The translations under genes were made by a program, and so were the position numbers. From Thermoproteota archaeon (lineage in GTDB: Archaea > Asgardarchaeota > Jordiarchaeia > Jordiarchaeales > Freyrarchaeaceae): a stretch of 33,072 nucleotides of DNA. Positions 18,285-27,591 of the stretch are shown here, piece after piece (position 1 is the first letter of the stretch; every line of letters begins with the position of its first letter). The notes beneath the pieces are model-generated. The model was not told where the DNA came from and searched no databases. It saw only the letters and a list, made by a program, of their open reading frames with translations. The stretch spans positions 1 to 33,072 of the forward strand of contig JAPDJY010000088.1 in assembly GCA_029258835.1 (NCBI GenBank), given 5' to 3'.

Positions 18285-19692
18285 AGCCGCCCATCCCCAG
18301 TTCTTCGTCGAGTAACATGAGAAACTCTTCTTCCTTACCAACAGGTATGTATGCTCCAGCAGCTAACTCATGGCCTCCAGCCGCCGTCTCAAGCTTCATC
18401 CTCTCCATAACCCTCCTCACCAATTCTCCTAAATCTACATTTTCCCCTCCTTTCCCCAGCCGAATGGAAGCTTTAATGCAGTCTTCCTCGTTAGAGTAGG
18501 CTAATCCAACGATAACTTTGCTTTGATACTTCTTAGAGGATGCGAGTATGGACGCAACTGTTCCAACCATCCTTACGTCGATGCGGCCAACTCCACTGAA
18601 CCAGTACAGGTTCTTCCGCTTCTTCATCCCCTCTCCTTCAACCCAGTTGATGTAGTCTGCTAGCTTCACCCGGTACTCGTCAACGGCCTCCGCTGCCTCG
18701 GAAAGGGACCTCTTCCTTTCCCCCATACATATGGCTAATCCCAGCCCGGTCCTCCCGGTACGTCCACAGGCGTTAAGGAGCGACGCGTACTCTCTTGCAT
18801 CCCTCATGGGGGTTCCCTCTCTCTCCCTGCTTAAGACGTAAACAGTACCTATAATGCTCTGAGCTTCGTCAGCGCTCATGTTTCCCGGACCCAACATGTA
18901 CTTTACAAGCTCGGAGACCAGCCTAGCTTTCTCTTCACGTGAAAGCTCGGCTATTGTCCTCCAGCGATCACCCGCCTTCAATGGTATCTGCACTCTCTCC
19001 ACGAGAAACTTTAAGCATGCACCGTGGTTCCCGGATAAACCGGGTATGAATGGGTCTGTCGTGTATTCAAGAGCAACTGGTATGGGACGTGTCTCACGTC
19101 CAAAAACTATCAGGTCTTTAACCTCCTGCAGAATGCCGTGCTCCACTCCTTCCCTAGCTATTTCGGCATTTAAGCCTGTTAGACTACGTTGCTTTCCTTT
19201 GTCTTGCCTGTCCCCGAGGGCTCCGACGATGGCCAACGGGGACAGGTCCCTGTTTTTAACGTCAATCTCTCTTGCCACCAGGTATGCTGCTCCGGCGCCG
19301 CTGACGTCGACACCTCCATCTAAGCCGAAAAGGTGAGGGTTAAAGTGAATGAGCCTTCCACCGCCCTCTTCGGGGGGGTGATGATCGATTACTACGGTGT
19401 CTTCTTGCAGGGATTCCTCCAGAAGCTTTAACTGTCCACTACCCATGTCGGTGAACACGAACACTCTCTCCCTTCTCGGGATACGCTCTAGGCTCTTCCT
19501 GCTTAGCTGCTGGATTATCCGGACGTGGAACCTTGCATTAAGCCGTGTAAGGGAGGTTGAAATGATGCTTGCCGCTGCGATGCCGTCAGCGTCCAGGTGA
19601 GAAACTACCTGAAAAAGAGCATTTTCCCGTGCTTTTTCACGCAGGTAACTCGCCACGTCTCTAGCTGCCTTAACGAGTTGAGGTGGAGGCAC
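18271..19692 (-). CDS. DHH-family RecJ/GAN-like phosphoesterase
   Basis: HLDADG, TDMGS, IDHH, GALGD, LLNACGR and GGHELAAG (DHHA1) motifs. Confidence 0.93.
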   Translation of the reverse strand: MPPPQLVKAARDVASYLREKARENALFQVVSHLDADGIAAASIISTSLTRLNARFHVRIIQQLSRKSLERIPRRERVFVFTDMGSGQLKLLEESLQEDTVVIDHHPPEEGGGRLIHFNPHLFGLDGGVDVSGAGAAYLVAREIDVKNRDLSPLAIVGALGDRQDKGKQRSLTGLNAEIAREGVEHGILQEVKDLIVFGRETRPIPVALEYTTDPFIPGLSGNHGACLKFLVERVQIPLKAGDRWRTIAELSREEKARLVSELVKYMLGPGNMSADEAQSIIGTVYVLSREREGTPMRDAREYASLLNACGRTGRTGLGLAICMGERKRSLSEAAEAVDEYRVKLADYINWVEGEGMKKRKNLYWFSGVGRIDVRMVGTVASILASSKKYQSKVIVGLAYSNEEDCIKASIRLGKGGENVDLGELVRRVMERMKLETAAGGHELAAGAYIPVGKEEEFLMLLDEELGMGGCGGR

Positions 19693-19712
19693 TTTCCCTT
19701 CAAACCCGCCTT

Positions 19713-20171
19713 TTACTGCCGTATGAGTATGGCTGCCTTCTCAGGGTCATACTTCCAGTCTGGTGGTAGAACTCCCTTCCGCTTGTAGTACTTTACCAGC
19801 CTGTGGATCTTTGACTCTATAAGTTGAAGACCCCTTCTTGAGTGGAGGTCCTTCTTGTGCTCTTCAAGATGACGTCTAACCCTCACAGCCCGCCTCATGA
19901 GGTTTATGAGGTCCTCTGGAAGGGAAGGGGCGAGTCCGTGCTCCTTCAAGATCTGGGTGATCTTTTTGCCTACTATCGGCTTAACAAGGGGGACACCATA
20001 CTGGTCCCTTAGGATAACTCCAATCATGGATGGCGGGTGGCCGCTTTTGGCAAGCTCTACTACTTTGTCTACAACCCACTCCGGCGTCTTATCAAACCAT
20101 TCAGGCGGCCTTTTCACCGGGGGTCTCTTCGACGATGACTTCCCTCTCTTCCTGGCGTATATCCTCGCCAT
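19713..20171 (-). CDS. rps15: 30S ribosomal protein S15 (uS15/S13e)
   Basis: [26 protein letters not shown] and [14 protein letters not shown] motifs. Confidence 0.97.
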   Translation of the reverse strand: MARIYARKRGKSSSKRPPVKRPPEWFDKTPEWVVDKVVELAKSGHPPSMIGVILRDQYGVPLVKPIVGKKITQILKEHGLAPSLPEDLINLMRRAVRVRRHLEEHKKDLHSRRGLQLIESKIHRLVKYYKRKGVLPPDWKYDPEKAAILIRQ

Positions 20172-20229
20172 GGCTGAACCCTTCAGAAGTCTTAGACCGT
20201 GAAAGCTGGAGGAACTATGGTTCGAAGAT

Positions 20230-20805
20230 TTAAATAATTTTCGAGCTTCCAGTGAGCCATTCCGCAAGCTTTCTAAGAGCTCTTGCCCTATGGGAAAGGG
20301 CGTTCTTTTCCTCCACTTCAAGCTCTCCGAAGGTCCTCCCGTCGCCTTCGTAGGGTATGAATATAGGGTCGAACCCGAACCCTTTCCCGCCTTTAGCCTC
20401 GTGCGCGATCACTCCGAGGACTTCCCCTCTAAACGTTACGATTCGGCTCTGGTTTACGGCTGCGACTACGGATTCGAACTTTGCCCTGCGGTTTTCAACG
20501 CCATCCATCAACTTCAGGATGCCTTCATTACCTATTTTGCTAAAAACATAGGACGAATATGGCCCCGGAAAGCCATTAAGAGCCTCTATGAACAAGCCGG
20601 CGTCCTCGACGAGGACGACGCCGTCTAAGTGGACCTCACGCATAACATGTTCCAGGCTAAACCTAGCTATCTCCTCCAAGCTTTCCGACTGTACCTCAAC
20701 CCGTTTAACAGTTAACTGTTCGACCGTAATACCGTACTTGGAGAGAACCCTTTTTGCTTCCTTCAACTTGTGAGGGTTTCCGGTGGCGAAAAAAACCTTT
20801 CTCAC
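20230..20805 (-). CDS. rdgB: XTP/dITP diphosphatase (RdgB/HAM1)
   Basis: [27 protein letters not shown] and SHR motifs. GTG overlaps the bud32 stop. Confidence 0.95.
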   Translation of the reverse strand: MRKVFFATGNPHKLKEAKRVLSKYGITVEQLTVKRVEVQSESLEEIARFSLEHVMREVHLDGVVLVEDAGLFIEALNGFPGPYSSYVFSKIGNEGILKLMDGVENRRAKFESVVAAVNQSRIVTFRGEVLGVIAHEAKGGKGFGFDPIFIPYEGDGRTFGELEVEEKNALSHRARALRKLAEWLTGSSKII

Positions 20806-21426
20806 CGTTCCGAGTACCTCCCTCGCCTCTCGATCTCCCACATTTTCTCTATTACAGCGTCTGCCCCGCTGAACGAGCTCCGGTAGCCTTGAAGTATGAT
20901 GCCGAAGGCCTCTTCAAAAACGTCATAGTGGGTGCTTTCCAGCGCCCTCTTCATCAGGTGAAGGTCTACACCGCGGTCCTCAACGCTTCGGGAGAAGTCG
21001 CCCAGTCCGAAGTCTATGAAGAAGATTTTTCCACGGCTGAGTATCATATTAAGTTGTCAGGTCCCCATGTATTACTCCCATCCTATGCAGCCTCCCTATC
21101 GACTTTCCCACCTCGTAAAGTCGTTTACGCAGCTCCTCACCCGGTAACCTGCCACTTTTAATAAGCTCTTTCAAGGTTCCACCTTCAACGTAGTCCATTA
21201 CGATGGTTGCGTTATCTACGTCTACCAGGTAAACAGTTGGCGCCGGTACTCCAGCCCTCTTGGCGGCGTGGAGCAGACGAGCCTCACGCACCGTCCTCTG
21301 CCGCCTTAAAAGAAGGTCCAACTCTGTAACCCTATAATTTTTGGTGACTCTCACCTTGACGAGAACCTTCCTGCCGAAGAGGTCTTCTAGGAAAAGGTGA
21401 GCCTCCGCGCCCTTCCTGAAAAGCAA
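20802..21426 (-). CDS. bud32: KEOPS kinase Bud32, frameshifted at ~21051 in this sequence
   Basis: KGAEA, VKVR and HGDLTT in one frame; NMIL, IDFGL, VDLHL and RGRY in another. The junction ACT T AAT lacks 2 nt of the expected Ser codon. Confidence 0.88.
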
Positions 21427-22472
21427 TTATGACTCCTCCATCCAGGGGACGGTCACCTCGTCAAGCCTCCATCTAGGCTTAACCCGGCTTTCCTCCACTC
21501 TTATTATTCTCCCGCTGGCGTACTCCAGTATTCCTGTCCATGCAATCATTGCCCCATTGTCGCCTGCCAGGGAGGGGGGGACCACATGGAACTCTGCGTC
21601 GTGCTCCTTGGAAATGTATTCGATCATTTCCTGTAGACGCTTGTTCCTAGCCACGCCACCCGTTAGTAAGACCTCTCTTTTACCGGTGTGAGCCAGCGCC
21701 CTCTCCGTCACCTCTGCAAGCATGGAAAAGCATACTTCCTGAACGCTGTAACATAGATCCTCGATCCTGCAGTGTCCTATCTTTCCTATGGCAGCCGTGT
21801 ACAAACCCGAGTACGAGAGGTCCATGCCCTTGACAACATATGGAAGTTGAATAAACAACTTTCCTTTGCCTGCAAGCTCCTCTACCTTTGGCCCTCCAGG
21901 GTGTTTCAAACCGAGAGCCCTAGCAAACATGTCGAGCATGTTCCCCACGGCTATGTCTAATGTTTCGCCGAAAACCCTGTACCTTCCCTTCTCGTAGGCT
22001 GCGACCAGCGTATTCCCCCCGGAAACGTACAGAGTTAAAGGGTCTCTTACGTCCTCGGCGAGGCGGCCTATTTCTATGTGTGCCAGGCAGTGGTTTACGC
22101 CTACTAGGGGTACTTCAAGCAGTAGCGATAATGCCCTGGCAATGGTTGCAACGGTTCTTAAGCAAGGGCCTTTAGGGGGTTCTCTAGCCCCGGCCCCTGC
22201 GAGAAGGCAACAAGGTTGATGTCCTCCATGTTAACTCCTGCATCCTTTAGAGCTGATAGGATTACTTGCTTAGCGCTGTTCGAATGGTGCTGGGCGGCCT
22301 CCCTGGGATGTATCCCTCCTTCGGCCGGAACGTACTCATCCCTAACGTTGGCGAGCACTTCGCCTTCACCGTCCACGATCCCTACGCCTAGGGTGTGCGC
22401 TGTCCCTTCAATCCCGATGCATAGTATTCGGCGGCCACCCAGATTCCTCTTCACCAGCGAGGGGAGGGGCAT
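21427..22472 (-). CDS. kae1: t6A synthase Kae1/TsaD, two exons (22472-22186, 22171-21427); 343 aa after splicing
   Basis: GIEGTAH, GGIHP, SQGPGL^GPCLR, VNHCLAHIE, YVSGGNT and DNGAMIA motifs. The frame is restored by removing 14 nt. Confidence 0.95.
22172..22185 (-). other. 14-nt canonical BHB intron in kae1
   Basis: Outer helix CAGGGGCC/GGCCCTTG, central helix GGGG/CCCT, bulges CT^A and AA^A. Splicing gives GGG CTA GGC CCT (G-L-G-P). Confidence 0.9.
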
Positions 22473-22476
22473 TCCG

Positions 22477-22665
22477 TTACGCCTCTTTCTCCTCTGAGCC
22501 ACCTTCCTTCTTTTTCTCTCTCACATAGTCTGTGTAGCCGCACTTGCCACACGTGTAACGGCGCCAGTGCTCAGCCATGAAAACGCCGGGGCCGCACCTA
22601 GGGCAAAACCTTTTAACACGGACAAGCTTCCCATCAACAATCTTATAATATTTGCTAACGCTCAC
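22477..22665 (-). CDS. rps27ae: 30S ribosomal protein S27ae (eS31)
   Basis: [13 protein letters not shown]...CGKCGYT; GGAGG before GTG. Confidence 0.95.
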   Translation of the reverse strand: MSVSKYYKIVDGKLVRVKRFCPRCGPGVFMAEHWRRYTCGKCGYTDYVREKKKEGGSEEKEA

Positions 22666-22709
22666 CCGACCGCCTCCGCCACCTATTTTCAAGGTCGGCT
22701 AGCGTGTTA

Positions 22710-23012
22710 CTACGCTGCCTCCTCACTTTCCTTCACCTCATTTCTCTTAATAATGTATTCTGGCTCCACCTGATAAGCTATTTCCTTTGAATCGTAGATC
22801 ATCGCCGTCCCCTTCGACCGGCCTAAACCGTACTCCGTCACGATCTTCCTAACGTAGACGTTTTCTAGGGGGACGCTTAGAAGGGCGGCTATCTTCCTTC
22901 TCACTTCCATCCTGCTAGGCGTTCCTTCCCCCTGATGCAACACCATGAAGGCAACTTCTTCTCTCTGGAAGAACGGGTTTCTACGTTTAGAGACAACTTT
23001 CACTTCCATCAC
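22710..23012 (-). CDS. rps24e: 30S ribosomal protein S24e
   Basis: NPFFQREE, GTPSR, TEYG and EPEYIIKRN motifs. Confidence 0.95.
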   Translation of the reverse strand: MMEVKVVSKRRNPFFQREEVAFMVLHQGEGTPSRMEVRRKIAALLSVPLENVYVRKIVTEYGLGRSKGTAMIYDSKEIAYQVEPEYIIKRNEVKESEEAA

Positions 23013-23559
23013 AGGCTTCCTCCATCATCTCCCTAACGATGCTGATCGCTCTCCTCCTAGCTTCATCGTTTACGTCCAAGACTACTAACCCCTGCTTCGG
23101 CTGGCCATAAATTATTATCGCCCCCTCAGGGGCGAGTATTATCGCCGGTATCGCCAGTAGGTCTTCTTCTCCATCAACAACCACGTAGACGCGGCCAGTC
23201 TTCGAGTAAGCCTCCCTGATCACCCTCCAAGCATCCTTACTTATCGTCCCGGGAGGATTCTTCAAGTTAAGCCTGACCCCGTCCGTTAAACTCCGGTTCA
23301 AACTAACGGTTCTAAGAGTTTTCCCGTCGACGATGCTAACGTCAAACTCTACGCCGACGTCAAGCAGTGTGTCCGTAGCGACGTCGCCCACCACCACCAC
23401 CTTGGCAGGCTTCCGCGTCGCGATAAGACCTTTAATTTTCAAGCTTGTTTCTGGGTGTTCACCCTCAACCAGCACTCCAAAAGGCTCCTTAAGGGAGTCT
23501 CTGAGGTGAAGCGGCAATTTCAAGTCGCAGTCAGGAATCATCCTTCTCCCCTTTTTCAC
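22987..23559 (-). CDS. DUF359 GTP-dependent dephospho-CoA kinase
   Basis: VGDVAT, DGKTLR, NPPGTI, DGEEDLL and YGQP motifs; conserved synteny. Confidence 0.9.
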   Translation of the reverse strand: MKKGRRMIPDCDLKLPLHLRDSLKEPFGVLVEGEHPETSLKIKGLIATRKPAKVVVVGDVATDTLLDVGVEFDVSIVDGKTLRTVSLNRSLTDGVRLNLKNPPGTISKDAWRVIREAYSKTGRVYVVVDGEEDLLAIPAIILAPEGAIIIYGQPKQGLVVLDVNDEARRRAISIVREMMEEACDGSESCL

Positions 23560-23741
23560 CTCACTTTCAACGCGTACTTACCCTTCTTTTTAATGTCCAG
23601 CCTTCTAGCTATCTGCGAGCCCTCCGGGTCAAATACGATCAGCAACCCCCCGTAGTCGTCGGACAGGGAGTACGACTTACATTCAGGGCACATTTGCCCT
23701 CTCACGAGAAGCTTACATGTGCGGCAAGCCCTTTCCCTCAA
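23556..23741 (-). CDS. spt4: Transcription elongation factor Spt4 (RpoE'')
   Basis: ACRTCK...CPEC...DPEGSQIA...GKYALKVR. Confidence 0.95.
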   Translation of the reverse strand: MRERACRTCKLLVRGQMCPECKSYSLSDDYGGLLIVFDPEGSQIARRLDIKKKGKYALKVR

Positions 23742-23750
23742 CCTTCCACC

Positions 23751-24338
23751 TCAAGAGGAGTGCTTCTCTTCTCCTGCCTCCTGCTTCCCGTATATTCGCT
23801 CCAGTTCCTCCTTTATCCATTCGATCTTCCCGAGGAACGGCTGCCTCATCGTTAAACCTATCCTCCCGCCTCTCGCCCCCCCGCTCATGGACACGGAGAC
23901 AACCCTCGCCCTCACCATGTCGCCCCGCATTATACGCCGCCCAGTCTCCTTCCCTATGAGGGCAGGGGTCTTACTGTCAAAGTCGATGAAGTCGTCCGTG
24001 AGCTGGGAAATGTGTATGAGGCCTTCGACCGGGCCAAGCCTTACGAAGACGCCAAAATCGACGACCTCCGTCACGGCGCCCTCTACGACCTCGTGCTGCT
24101 CCGGTTTAAAGGTGAGAACCCTGAACGTGGCTTGATGGAAGGCGCCTCCGTCTCCTGGGATCAGCCTTCCAACCCCCACGTCCTCCACGTCTATAACGCT
24201 GATAACTATCCCCAAGTCAGGGTCCATCACTTCCTCGTACTCTCTTCTAAGCATTTCAAGAGCTACTTCCTCAACTGGCTCCCCGAACCTGTCAGGGGGG
24301 ATCCTAAGCACGTCTCTAAGAGTTACGAGCTTGTACAT
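23751..24338 (-). CDS. rpoE: RNA polymerase subunit Rpo7 (RpoE')
   Basis: RIPPDRFG, GDGG, FGVFVRLGP and IGLTMRQPFLGK motifs. Confidence 0.96.
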   Translation of the reverse strand: MYKLVTLRDVLRIPPDRFGEPVEEVALEMLRREYEEVMDPDLGIVISVIDVEDVGVGRLIPGDGGAFHQATFRVLTFKPEQHEVVEGAVTEVVDFGVFVRLGPVEGLIHISQLTDDFIDFDSKTPALIGKETGRRIMRGDMVRARVVSVSMSGGARGGRIGLTMRQPFLGKIEWIKEELERIYGKQEAGEEKHSS

Positions 24339-24504
24339 TTCCCATTCACCTCAACAAAACCCCAAGGTAAACGGGGCCTCGTTAAACGAGGGAGCAACAC
24401 TTGGGAACCCCTATGAAAGCCAAAAGGTAGAAGGTGCTGATGGAGGCTACGGTAACCCTAAGCGCCACTATAACTGGCTTGCTTCACCTGTAAGCGACAT
24501 CCCC

Positions 24505-24906
24505 TTATAAAACTTCCCCGTCAAGTGCCAGGTGGTCCTCCTGCCTGAGGAAGACCACGGCGACGCCGGCCTCCCTAAGCTTCCTCCGAAGCTCCCTGTC
24601 ATTGGTGGCTACGACGCACCTTTCAACCTTTTTGGCATAGTTCAAAATTGATTCGTCCACCCCCCCACAGCTGAAGGAGCAAAACTTCACGTTTGCACGA
24701 TCAACAAGTTCCAATGCTGACCTAGCCATCCTTCCAATCTTTCCTCCTCTTCTAGCAAGCTCCTTCAGCTCCCTTAACACGCAGTCTAAAACCACCACTT
24801 CGTACTTTGCAACGATAACCCTATCAAGCTCCGAAAAAAGGTCTAACCCGAGGGAGAAGGGGGCAAGCAGAAAGTTAGTGTCGACCAGAACCTTAACGAC
24901 GTTCAC
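24505..24906 (-). CDS. PIN-domain protein (Fcf1/Utp24-like)
   Basis: VDTNFL, VDESI and VATNDRELR motifs; lies between aIF2gamma and rpoE'. Confidence 0.9.
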   Translation of the reverse strand: MNVVKVLVDTNFLLAPFSLGLDLFSELDRVIVAKYEVVVLDCVLRELKELARRGGKIGRMARSALELVDRANVKFCSFSCGGVDESILNYAKKVERCVVATNDRELRRKLREAGVAVVFLRQEDHLALDGEVL

Positions 24907-26198
24907 TTCACAATTCCCCACCCAATGAGTCTCCATCTCCCCGAAACCATCCGGCTCACGGCAACCCTTTGCCCCTCCTCGGCGCAGACCGGCCGGCGCA
25001 GGTTGATCTCGACGACCCCGCCCCTAACCGAGGACACCACGCCTACAGTAACCGATGAGCCAACGTTCAGCATTAACGGCTCATTAACCTTTACATCTTC
25101 CACCTTAGAAAGCTCCACGCTGCCGACAACACGCTCCATTAAATGCAGCTCTAAACTTAAACCATCCCATACTGGGGGAAGGGTACCCGGCTTCCCGACC
25201 ACGCTCCCTATAAGTCCGTCAGCCTTTGTCAAGGAGGGGTCTAGCTTCGTTCCAACGCCAATCAACCCTCCGGGGACAGCTTCCTCGAGCTCCACGCCTC
25301 CACCAGCATGCAAGCTCACAACGTCAGTATAGATGGGCTCGTACCCTCCGCCAAGGCTAACACCAGGGCGAATCTCGATCTCGTCACCGACCCTAACCCT
25401 CCCCTGAACGATAGCTCCGCCAATAACGCCCCCAACCAAGTCCTCAGGCCTCGTACCAGGCTTATTAACGTCGAAAGACCTAGCCACGTACATCCTTAAG
25501 GGCTTACTAAGGTCTCTAGTGGGGGTGGGGATCACCTCCTCGATGCTTTGAACCAAAACGTCAAGGTTCACACCGAAGACGGCTGACACGGGGATGACCG
25601 GGGCGCCCTCGGCGAATGTCCCGCTAATAAACTCCCTGATCTGCCTGTAATGTTCGATTGCCGCCTCCCTAGAGACAAGCTCGATCTTGTTCTGCACGAC
25701 GACGATGTTCCTAACCCCGGTGATTTCCAGCGCGGCGAAGTGCTCCCTCGTCTGAGGCTGAGGGCAAGGCTCGTTCGCCGCGATAACCAAGACGGCGCCA
25801 TCCATCAGGGCGGCGCCACTAATCATGGTAGCCATGAGACGCTCGTGCCCTGGGCTGTCCACGAAGCTAACCTTCCTCAGGAAGACGGCGTCCTCGCCGC
25901 AATGCGGGCACTTGTACCCTCCAGCCATCGCCAACGTGAAGTAGCACTGAGGGGGAGGGCAGGAGGGACACTTCAAAACAACAGCGTCGGCGTAACCCAA
26001 CTTGATGGTGATGCCGCGCCGCTTCTCCTCACTATGACGGTCAGCCCAGACCCCTGTAAGCGCGTGCACAAGGGTGGTTTTCGGCGCCCCCCATCAGCAT
26101 GGATGGGCATTGCCGTGGTCGACGTGTCCTGCGGTGCCTATGTTTACGACGCTTTGCGACTTTGCAGCATCCTCAAATGCGCCAGCATTCCCCGTCAA
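24903..26198 (-). CDS. eif2g: Translation initiation factor 2 gamma subunit, two exons (26198-26110, 26079-24903); 421 aa after splicing
   Basis: [12 protein letters not shown]^[30 protein letters not shown] and WRLIGWG motifs; GGAGGT before TTG. Confidence 0.96.
26080..26109 (-). other. 30-nt BHB-type intron in the aIF2gamma P-loop Lys codon
   Basis: Central helix CGGC/GCCG, bulges AA^T and AA^A, inner stem GCCC..CCAT/ATGG..GGGC. Splicing gives GGC AAA ACC (G-K-T). In-frame TGA inside the intron. Confidence 0.92.
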
Positions 26199-26399
26199 AA
26201 ATAAACCTCCATCAGGTTTTAATAAGTGTGAAGTTACTTTTCCTTTCTCCAGCGGTCTTTTTAAAAGTTTCTTGCATCCAGCTAGCACCTTCCACCGTCA
26301 CCTGCTTCCACGGTTAAAAACCTGCCCTTAACAGTAGAGAAGCCTTGCTCAGGGCGGAGCGGCCAGGAGTCCACGGTGCGGCGCCCTTCAGCCCTCCCC

Positions 26400-27167
26400 T
26401 TAGGGGGGTCGGGCAGCATCGTTTAGCAGGGAGCCTATCTCCTCCTGTATCCTCCTCATCACATCCACACTTATTTGCCCCGGCGCAACAGGATCGTCTA
26501 GTGAGGCATACGTGAAGGGAGAGCCGAAAAGGGGGCAAAGGATCCTCGAAACAGCCCCCAGCCTGCCCATACAGAAGGACACGGTTCTCCCCCGACGCTT
26601 GGTTGAAGCCAGCTTTAAAAGGAGGAGGTTATCCGTGATCCTCCTCGCCAAGGTTACGATTTTAGCTACGTCGCATCCGAGGCTGAAGAGGATGTCAACC
26701 TTCCTAGCCAGGAAACTCCACGTCGGCGTAGCTTCAAAGTCGTGGTAGGACAGGATAAGGGTAACCCCAACCTCTTTACACAGTGAAACCAGCCTGCCGA
26801 GGAGGGCGGGGTCAGTTGACGCCTCCACATCCACGAAGTCCGGTCCAGAAAGAACACACTTCTCTATCAGCTTCACCCGTTCACCCTCGCTAAACGGGAA
26901 AACACCCCCCTCACCTCTACGCCGAACAGTCACGATGACCGGCACCCCAATGTCAGACAGCAGCCTCCCAACCCGAACCCTCCTCCTCTTAAGATAGTCT
27001 AAACGCAACTCCACCAGGTCCGCTCCAGCATCACACGCCCTACGCGCCTTCTCCAGCATACCCTCCTCACTGTCAGCCCTCACGGAGACGCAAACCCTAA
27101 ACAAGCCAGCACCAGCCAGAGAAACCCGCCCCTTACTCCTCAGCAACCTTCCGGGAGGCAACCTCAA
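26400..27167 (-). CDS. aroD: Type I 3-dehydroquinate dehydratase
   Basis: ELRLDYL, TVRRRGEGG, SYHDF, AKIV, SRI and APGQ motifs. The true start is probably downstream of the ORF-track start. Confidence 0.9.
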   Translation of the reverse strand: MRLPPGRLLRSKGRVSLAGAGLFRVCVSVRADSEEGMLEKARRACDAGADLVELRLDYLKRRRVRVGRLLSDIGVPVIVTVRRRGEGGVFPFSEGERVKLIEKCVLSGPDFVDVEASTDPALLGRLVSLCKEVGVTLILSYHDFEATPTWSFLARKVDILFSLGCDVAKIVTLARRITDNLLLLKLASTKRRGRTVSFCMGRLGAVSRILCPLFGSPFTYASLDDPVAPGQISVDVMRRIQEEIGSLLNDAARPP

Positions 27168-27342
27168 GAACAGCTAAAGCTTCACCCTCACCCTTACGGC
27201 CGGGAAGAACCCCCTCCTTGTAGAGTAAATCCCTGACAGCCACACGGACAGCCTCACTCCTACTCCTGTAAACACCAAGCTCGACAAGCATCCTCAAACC
27301 CTTAACGTACTCCTCAGGAACCCTAAACGACGTCGACTTCAT
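27133..27342 (-). CDS. Ribbon-helix-helix (CopG/MetJ-like) DNA-binding protein
   Basis: TSFRVP...LVELGVYRSRSEAVRVAVRDLL. Confidence 0.88.
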   Translation of the reverse strand: MKSTSFRVPEEYVKGLRMLVELGVYRSRSEAVRVAVRDLLYKEGVLPGRKGEGEALAVLEVASRKVAEE

Positions 27343-27591
27343 AAGCTAAATACGCTACAATAGACAATATAAACATGACCTTTCACAGAACACGTAAAAC
27401 ACGAACCCCACCAGCACGGCACTTACACACGTTCACGGCAGACACAACCATAGGGGAAAGCCTCCCAGAACAGGCAAAACACATCCAACACCAGCGGCAG
27501 CCAACACAAAAAGAAAAACACCAGAACAAACCTCAAAAAAGGAACAGGAGAGAACCCCGACAGCCCAGCTTTCACCGGGAAACACGAGCAC

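Noticed and set aside
24361-24405. Hairpin with internal loop upstream of rpoE' as an H/ACA guide RNA
   Set aside because: The stems are real (CCCAAG/CTTGGG, CCTCGTT/AACGAGG), but no ACA box follows the stem and no K-turn is evident.
26080-26109. Selenocysteine/pyrrolysine or other stop readthrough at the in-frame stops in aIF2gamma, cbf5 and rpl44e
   Set aside because: Readthrough would insert 9-10 residues into a P-loop or catalytic loop, lose the Cbf5 Asp, and cannot fix the frame-shifting inserts.
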